A stretch of DNA of 64,000 bases from Octopus vulgaris (lineage: Eukaryota), in assembly GCA_951406725.2 (NCBI GenBank), contig OX597818.1, positions 9,610,001 through 9,674,000 on the forward strand. Reading direction: 5' to 3'. The position numbers were made by a program, and so were the translations under genes. How positions within the stretch are numbered: the first letter of the stretch is position 1; each line of letters opens with the position of its first letter. Shown here one piece after another: positions 55,866 through 64,000 of this stretch. The notes under the pieces were generated by a model. It was not told where the DNA came from, searched no databases, and saw nothing but the letters and a program-made list of their open reading frames with translations.

Positions 55866-55968
55866 TCTTTTATTTGTTTCAGTCATTTAATTGCGGCTAT
55901 GCTGGAGCACAGCTTTCAAGTGTTTTAATCGAACAAATCGACCCCACGACTTATTTATTAAGCCTGGG
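55866..55968 (-). mobile_element. SINE family A tail fragment
   Basis: ttgtttcagtcatttaattgcggctatgctggagcac..cgaacaaatcgacccc. Confidence 0.75.
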
Positions 55969-56250
55969 GTGCATGTAAGATTTTGGAGGGAACCCAGTCA
56001 AAATAGCAAATTAAGGATCCACAGTGGTATTTCAAGGGTCCATGGAAAATTTTGATTTAAATGCATTTATTGCAATAAACAGGTTTTTATTTCTCTAACG
56101 TTATATATAGTTTGATTTACACAAATAGTGTGTAAAACTAAACAGGAACTTTGAAAGAAGCATCTATAAAACAGTTTTTACGCATCTAGTTCTTTTGTGG
56201 GGTCCATCAAAAAATAGAATAGTAATTAAAAAATTGGTTGAGAACCACTG
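55965..56250. mobile_element. hAT (Charlie-like) non-autonomous fragment, one TIR visible
   Basis: Ends in ggttgagaaccactg (reverse complement CAGTGGTTCTCAACC) followed by cactagac; subterminal gggtcca motifs. The other end appears to be lost. Confidence 0.6.
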
Positions 56251-56280
56251 CACTAGACAAACTATGTGTGTCACGACTAG

Positions 56281-56587
56281 GTAAGGTAAAGATCTTCCTA
56301 GAAAGTTACCCCTCTAGGTACAAATCCGGGCAAGGCTGATTATGGAAGAACAGCAGTCATATGCATACCAGCCTCTCCTCTCCATGCCACCGATGTTATC
56401 CAAGGGAAAGGCAAAGGCCGATACAGCTTGGCATCAGAGACGACACAATTCATTTCTACAGCTGAGGGAACTGGAGTAACTTGAAATAAAGTATCCTGCT
56501 CAAGAACGCAACACATAGCCCGGTCCGAGAATCGAAACCTCTGCTTCATGATTTTGAACCCGATGCTCTTACCACTGAGTCATGCAC
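56281..56587 (-). mobile_element. tRNA/CORE-type SINE family C with target-site duplication
   Basis: Minus strand head gcatgactcagtggtaagagcatcggg..ggtttcgattctc..gttcttgagcaggatact. Flanked by tgtcacgactag (56269-56280) and tgttacgactag (56589-56600). The tail recurs at ~37820-37865 (+). Confidence 0.85.
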
Positions 56588-56950
56588 ATGTTACGACTAG
56601 TCACTAGACAAACCATCTATATGTAATCTATGGTCTGTCACAGGGAATGCAAAAGACAAAAAAACCGTTAATGACTCGCCAATACGTTGTTTATCCAAAA
56701 ATGCTTCAGTTCTTTACAACAACTGGGATTCTAATGATTTAAGCACCTACTTTCTCGGGTCAGCCTAACCGCTAAGAAAAAAATGGTTCTTAAAGATTTT
56801 ATCAAAAATCTTAAAGTTTAGTTGGTTGCTGACGTCATCAATCGCTGACAAAATCCTTGGGACACTGTCAATACTTTTGCTGCAGTCGAGAGACACAAAT
56901 ATATGAATATATAAATAAATACACACACACAAACACACACACACACACAT

Positions 56951-57064
<114 letters not shown>

Positions 57065-58483
57065 GGATAGAAATAATGCAATGCATTTTCAGTTTACAAT
57101 TTTCAATGCAAAAATTTGAAAGGAATATGTCGAACAAAGAGAGAGTTTCAGACATGTGCTATTAAAGGGACGCCTATCAAAATCATGTTGCATCATGAGG
57201 ATTTTCACATAACACATCCCATTACAGAACCTGTTCCTTCAATGTTAGGTTGCACGTAGATTAAAAGTTTGATATTCACTGAACATTTTAAATACGTATT
57301 AAATTAAAAGTTGGGTTGCACACCTCTGAAAACAGGTTTCATGTTAACCAAAGTTTCTCACTTACTAAGGACGGATAAGTGTATTTCGAGAGAACATTAG
57401 TATACAGTCTTCTATAAAGCTTGCTTGAAATATTTATAGAGAAATTTAATTGAACTGAATGCAAGCCAAATCCCAAGGCAAACTTAAGTCTTCTTCTGTA
57501 CTGGTGAGAATTGAGTCAGAAAAATTAGTCATAATCAAAAATCTATTGATTTTAAAACTCGAATGTCTTAAAATAACTTTTTTATAAAAAGTTTATCAGA
57601 TTTTAGTCATTATCAGTAACAATTTGAGGCAAAAGCAAAAGAACATCATATCATGCTTCGAAGCATGAAAATTACTGGCGACCTATTACATGATAGAGAG
57701 TCTGGCATGCTGATTACTGAAATTAGTTACTATATATGTGTTATGAACTTTTTACTGTTTTTATTTCTACATCAGATAGTTAGAGGTGAAATCATAGAGG
57801 TGAAAATAACAGAAACAACTTATGATAAGCGATTTAACAAATGGGCAATGTTATTACATAATGTTATTCTCCAGTAATTGCTACCGTCGGAGGCGGCTAT
57901 TTCCCATCCGAGAATTTCTCCCTGCTGAAGAAAATCCCATGAGGAAGAAATGCCAATGGCGTGGATTTGTTTACGATGGAATTCAACCATCAAGGGTGGG
58001 GTGATGCATACATTATGGTTCGAAGACGTTTCTCTGTACCACGTGTGAAACGAGGGAGGCAGGATTTGAAGTAGGGTTGGCTGTATTCAGTTTGGTTACT
58101 ATTTCACTACCTTCCCGAAATGGGAAATCCTAACAGGGGTACTACACAACTTACAGTATAGCCCTCAGTCATGTCAAGCTATGACCAGTAGTAAGAATCG
58201 ATAAATACATTTTTGAAATACACTCATCTCTATGGATTTATAAAGCTTTAGAACTGATAGCAGTTAATTCATTATAAGATTATAATCGTTGAATAAATTA
58301 AGTTAAGATTTTATTGTTAAATAAATAAAGTTAAATAAATATCATTTAACGCTTTTAATAATGCAGCCCTTTTTCACACCGACACTTCAACTTGTCTCCA
58401 GCTGTAATCTTAGTGTTACTTATTTGCCACTTCTGCTGCAGTCTTACTCCGACATCCGTTGTCCAGTTTTATTGTTACAGTAA

Positions 58484-58689
58484 TAATAATCTTTTCTACA
58501 AGATTTTGGTGGAGAGGTTCAGTCTATTAGATCGACCCCAGTACACGGCTAGTATTTAATTTATCGACCCCAAAAGGATGAAAGGCAAAGTTAACCTCAG
58601 CAGAATTTGAACTCAGAACGTAAGGACAAACGAAATACTGCTAAGCATTTCGACCCGGCGTGCTAACGTTTCTGCCAGTTCGCCGCCTT
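58484..58689 (-). mobile_element. SINE family B, best-preserved copy
   Basis: tttatcgaccccaaaaggatgaaaggcaaag..gaatttgaactcagaac..gctaacgtttctgccagttcgccgcc. Confidence 0.85.
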
Positions 58690-61600
58690 ACAGCAATAAT
58701 AACGAGAAAGAAATCTTAGTAAGCATTTCACTACATCATTATTTGAACACCTACCAAAGCCATATTTGTCTTCCATCTCTCTGTGATCGGTACAATGAAT
58801 TACGAGTTAAATATTGAGGTCGATTTATTGGAGAAACATATCCCACAAACTTCTCACCAGTTGCTTATATTCTTATATTACGAATTATTATACTAGTACG
58901 TTGAATTAGCAAAATTCTAAAAGCATCAGAACATGTCTTGCGTTTCTTCTGGCCCAATTCAAAACCCGCAGAAGTCAACTTCGGATTTTTTCTTTTTTTC
59001 ATCCTTCTGTGTGTGCGATAAAATAAATCACCAGTCAAATACAGGTGTCAGAAATTAATTGACTAAAATCTTCCACCAAATTTATGATCTTGTTATGTTA
59101 GGAATCTTTATTTTACTGCTTTCGCTTCTAGAACACCGGTCTTCCTGGGACACTGTTTTCAAGAATAATCCCAAAGAATTTCATCGTTTTCTGTTTATTG
59201 AATTTCTATATTTACTCTTTGCCGTAAAGAGCAGTAACTCAACGAACTATTTTATACCAGTATATACACACACATACACACACGCACACACGCACACACA
59301 AACAAACAAACACACTCATGCACATACGCCAACGTGCGCGCACAAATTTATACTTTGATTTTCCGCGCTGATTCCGTCTACTATCTCCGATCGCATTGGT
59401 CAACTCATAGCTACAGTTGAAGGTACTTCCCGAAGGTAACGCTCAATGATATCAAACCTGCAGCCGAGTGAAAATGAAGCAAAACTTCTTAATGATACAA
59501 CAATGTCTTATAAGATTTACGTGTTATAATCAAAAACTATAGAATTATAAAGTATATACCAAACTTGTCTGGATTAAAAGAACTTTATGCCACAGGAAAT
59601 TGAAACCAAAGAATTTTGCTTGGTTCTCTATCTTCTGAACCAGACATGCATTCAGAAAAGTTTGACTTATGTGTGTGTTAAGATAGGGCGACGAATAAAA
59701 TCTGTTTCGTAGATTTGTGGAATAAGCCAATTCAATCCATATGCAAGTGGGAGTTTTAAGTTATGAGACAATAGAACATAAAACCACAACTGGAAAACTA
59801 CAGAAACTCGAGTGAAAAAGAAAAAGCATTTAACAAATTTGCTGTTCCTGATTGAACAGGTATAGAATTTCCACAAAGAATTCTATATATTTTCCCGTGA
59901 AACCGATTGCCAATATGTTTGCAGAGGATCAATACCATCATCAACTACCTAACATTTGGGTTCAATCAATTGTGATTACCCAGTTTGCTTATTGATCCAT
60001 ATTGATTGGTTAGCATTTGGCATTAATCTATATTGACAAACTAGTGTTCAACATCGATCAGTAAGTAGTGCTATATTCTTCAATGAGGATTAATAAAATG
60101 GGAAATTATACGTTTGTACTCATACACACTCTCATACACACAGATATATATATAATATATATATATACATGCATATATAAAAATACAAACATATATGTGT
60201 GTATATGCATATAATGTAATAAACATATATATATATGTGTGTGTGCGCGCGCGCATGTATACGTGTATGATATATATGCATGTATATATATATATATATA
60301 TACATATATATACATGGATATATGTATGTTTGTATGTATGTATGTATGTATGTATGTATGTATGTATGTATGTATGTATGTATGTATGTATGCGTGTGTG
60401 TGTGTGTATGTGCACGCGTGCGTATTTCTTCTATAGATTGTAGGAACATTCTACTCCAAGTAATACTGATTGACATTTTATTTATTATTGTTTTTAAATA
60501 TTTTTATTTACTGCTTTATATTCTATATGCTTCTATTGGTTGGATAGACTTCTAAATTGTGTCGATTTTTACAGTATATGTTATACAGTTGGATGCTTTT
60601 ACAAATACAAACAATTCATCTGTAAGGGGAACTTAAATCAGTAGTTTTGTTATTGATCATGATAATGGTGGCAGTGAAATTGATATTAGTGTTGGTGGTG
60701 ATGGATGAGGTGATGTGTTGTATAATTAATTGGATTATACAGACGTTATAGAAGATTTTATCTTTGTTTAGTGTTTCTTAGAAAATTTACTTTTTAACTT
60801 TAGCCATACAGGTCTTGTGAAACTTCTGGGCTAATGAAAAAAAACTCATAAATTTTACTCTGTTCGTCCCGTTTACAGCTGTAATATAAAGCAACCAGCT
60901 ATAGTAGTTATTTATTGATTCGAGCATTTCTTTCATTTAGTTAATAACTGCTATCACCTCAGTGTTTCATGACAGGAGTGTGACACAACACTGATATTGA
61001 AAGTTATTATTAACTAAGATAAGGAAACAAATAGCTAACTTTGTCGGTGCTCTTGCTATTTGGTTAAATAAAAGGCATGATTCTACCAAAAAAGCAGCAA
61101 CAATGGTACATACATGCATACATACACACATACATACACACATACATATACACAGACATGAAGAAAATCTAAGTCAAGGAAATCATTGAAAGAGTATTAG
61201 CTGAGTTCAAATGCCACTGATGATAACTACTTTTTATCTTATTTCCGAACTCAATAAAGCAAATTATCTTATCTTTTCCCTAAATTTGATCGTTTCTGCC
61301 TAGATTAAATATCACTATTAATATTTGTGACTACTCAACAAACAGTCACATGTTCAAATTTTACTACTATCGTTTTTTGCACCCTGAGCAACATATATTT
61401 CACTGGCTCCAGTAAGTCTAGCAAAACAAAAACGAAACAAAGTGATCCCACTTTTATTTCACTCATCAGTAGATAAAGTAACGAGGCTGTCATGTAGAAT
61501 ATGCTGTTGTTCCATGCAGCAGTTTATTGCAGTTTAATGCCGGGTTTAATCAAAAATAGGTCAATAATTAAATTGCATGTCTATTTCTAATTTCTGTTGT

Positions 61601-61989
61601 AATTTTTCAACAAAAGACAACCAGGTTTTATATCGCTGAAGCCTTTACGACTCGAAAATCGTTACTATTTCATTCGTATAAACATGGAACACTTCTTTTA
61701 CCAGTGGTCTGCCATGGAAAAGCAAACCTATGATCAAACTATTCTAGCCATGACCGTTTCGTTATGTTGGTCCTCGTTATCTTTTCTTATATGCCTTGTC
61801 ATTAAATAATGCAATATAGTGTGATTTGAAGGAGAACTGGTTGACATTGCTAACGCGGTGAGTAATCACGAATCAGCTTTCTGATCGGAGGTCGGAGCTC
61901 CGCTATGATGACACTTTTCTCTTATTCTCCGCCGATTGTACAGCGAAGAAAAATGGATATTCAATTTCTTTGTTTTTTGGGTTTTTTTT

Positions 61990-63240
61990 TTAAAGTCCCA
62001 AATAAGGCGAAAAACCTTATGTAAGGGACTATAAAGAAGAAATAAAGGGTAAGAAATAAATTTACTTTAGACTTGAAAGAGGTCAGTCACGATAGAAGAG
62101 ATTGACTAGCGACAAGGGTTGCAGGGTGGAAGCAGGAGAGGGACTAATCAAATTAGAGACTCGCTTCTAAACCCGGTCGAGGAGATCCAAATGACGATGA
62201 TGTATCTGCCCAAATATGACAACAGTATTCCATACTAGGACGAAATGTAGGCTTGTAAAGAAGCAAAATAGCCGCGGGTGTTGGTAGTCCTTTGACCTAT
62301 GCACTGAACCCACCTTACGGGAAGCAGACCTACCAGTGGACTGTATATAGAATCCTCAAGAAAGATCGGGTGAAAAATTAAGACCAATCAATTTCAAAGA
62401 AGACCTTTCCTCAAGTGACATGAATGCCTCACTATGTGACACTTCAGACTAATGGGAGAAAGATAGGGATGAAAGCTACTAGCCACTTCCCGCTCCGTTT
62501 CTTATTGCCTTGCAGATCTATTTCAGGAGTAACTGCAAATTCCAACCTTTTCAAGGTATAGGGATTGCCAAGTAAATAAGAACTGAGTGTAGACTCATCA
62601 GCATAAACATCGATGATCTGAAAAACATTGGTAGGAAGATCGTTAATGTAGAGGAGAAATGAAGTTAGACAAAATATGAGCCTTGAGGAACTCAGGCATT
62701 GATAAAATACTCAGAAGTAACACCTTCCAGAGTACACGAACATACGACTGAAAGGTATGACCAAATAACATCAAAGACCTTTCCACATACTTTATAGGCA
62801 GAGAGCTTAAAAAGTAAACCAGCATGAGAAGCCCCATGAAATGCTTTGGATATATCAAGATCTATTACACGAACCTCTCCTGATTTATCCATAAATCGGT
62901 AGATGCGGTCTGTAATAAGAATCATAAGATCAGCAGTAGAACGAGAGTCACGGAAACCGTACTGAACATCAACAAGGAACCCCAAGCTATTGATAATGAG
63001 CCGTCCAAGACCTTGCTAAGAGCTAATAGGTGGCGAAAAGGGTGATACTTTTTTGGATCAGAAGGTTCGGGATCATTCTTAAAAATTTGGCTAAAGTGAG
63101 ATACGTCCCAGCAAGATGGAAAACAATACTTATTAAGGCAAATATTAAATAGCTTAAAGAGCAAAGAAGAAATCTCAGAAGTACACTGATTCAAGACGGC
63201 CAGAGGAATATTGTTAGGACCAGATGCAATTGTTAGGACC
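61990..63240 (-). mobile_element. Decayed CR1/Jockey-group LINE, RT and 3' region
   Basis: ASGPNNIPLAVLNQC..FPSCW; QYGFRDSRSTADLM..LDISKAF..HAGLLFKLSAY; VPQGS; YADE at ~62593-62604; LYKPTFRPSMEYCCHIW. Multiple frameshifts. Confidence 0.9.
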
Positions 63241-63779
63241 AGTTAGCAACTAACTTGATAAAGTACGATTAATGAGAGATTTTGGTTTATAAGGCTGGGA
63301 TTGAATTCGAACTTTTCCGAAATTAGTTCACCGAGAATTTTTTACTATAACGTTATATAGCTGAGTTGAAACAAAGGCTTATAGCAGAATATGAACACAC
63401 AATGCATATACAACAGAGTATTCTGGCATAGCAAAGCTAGAAAATTTCTTTGTTTATTTCTCGATAATATACAACCAAGGCCGAACACATTTCTCTAATG
63501 TGATGTAATTTCTTTAATTGAATATATAAACATATTCAAGTTTATTAGTGTCGTAAGAAAGGTGAGAAAAAGAGATGGAGAGTAGATTTTGAATAATTTC
63601 AGTACCACATAAATATTTATAGTTCTGCGTGATTGAAACTCTGTAAATATCTAAAAGATATTTGAGCAATATCAAGTATGTTTCATAGAAAATTAAACAT
63701 GGTAACCCCACCGTTCATCCACCCTTTCGCTACAAAATTGACAGCTATACATATGACAAGTCATAAAACCAAAAGTATG

Positions 63780-63823
<44 letters not shown>

Positions 63824-64000
63824 ATATGATTGTATGTATATATGTATGTGCGTGTGTGTATGTATGTATGCATGTATGTATGTGTGTATATGTGTGTGTG
63901 TTTATGTGTGTATGTATATATAACTAGAGCAAGGCACGATTTTAGAAGGTTTAGGCGATAATATACGCATCCATCTGAAACTATTTCAATTTGGCAATTA

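Noticed and set aside
61450-61475. CTGATGA-gt-GAAA on the minus strand
   Set aside because: No room for stem II and no supporting stems.

Overview
Repeat-saturated, AT-rich animal genomic DNA with no recognisable host protein-coding gene. It is probably intergenic or deep intronic, and nearly all listed ORFs are translations of microsatellites. The SINE families and microsatellite density resemble an octopus/coleoid cephalopod genome; this is an inference and was not tested. Contents: several tRNA-derived SINE families (more than 20 copies or fragments); a near-full-length decayed mariner (50098-51354); a mariner derivative built from two 5' ends (1421-2302); a Tc1 fragment; a MITE; R4/Dong-type and CR1-type LINE remnants; a 65-bp minisatellite growing out of a SINE and running into a 100-N gap; and a 926-bp duplication with a mosaic spacer. 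The most notable signal is a cluster of hammerhead ribozyme motifs in short non-coding elements next to (TA)n tracts at 23-32 kb. Two have intact type I cores (27030-27156 minus, 31807-31903 plus) with a palindromic mini stem III and an unusually long stem II. Three more are degenerate and belong to one related family. Together they suggest Penelope-like/retrozyme-type elements.
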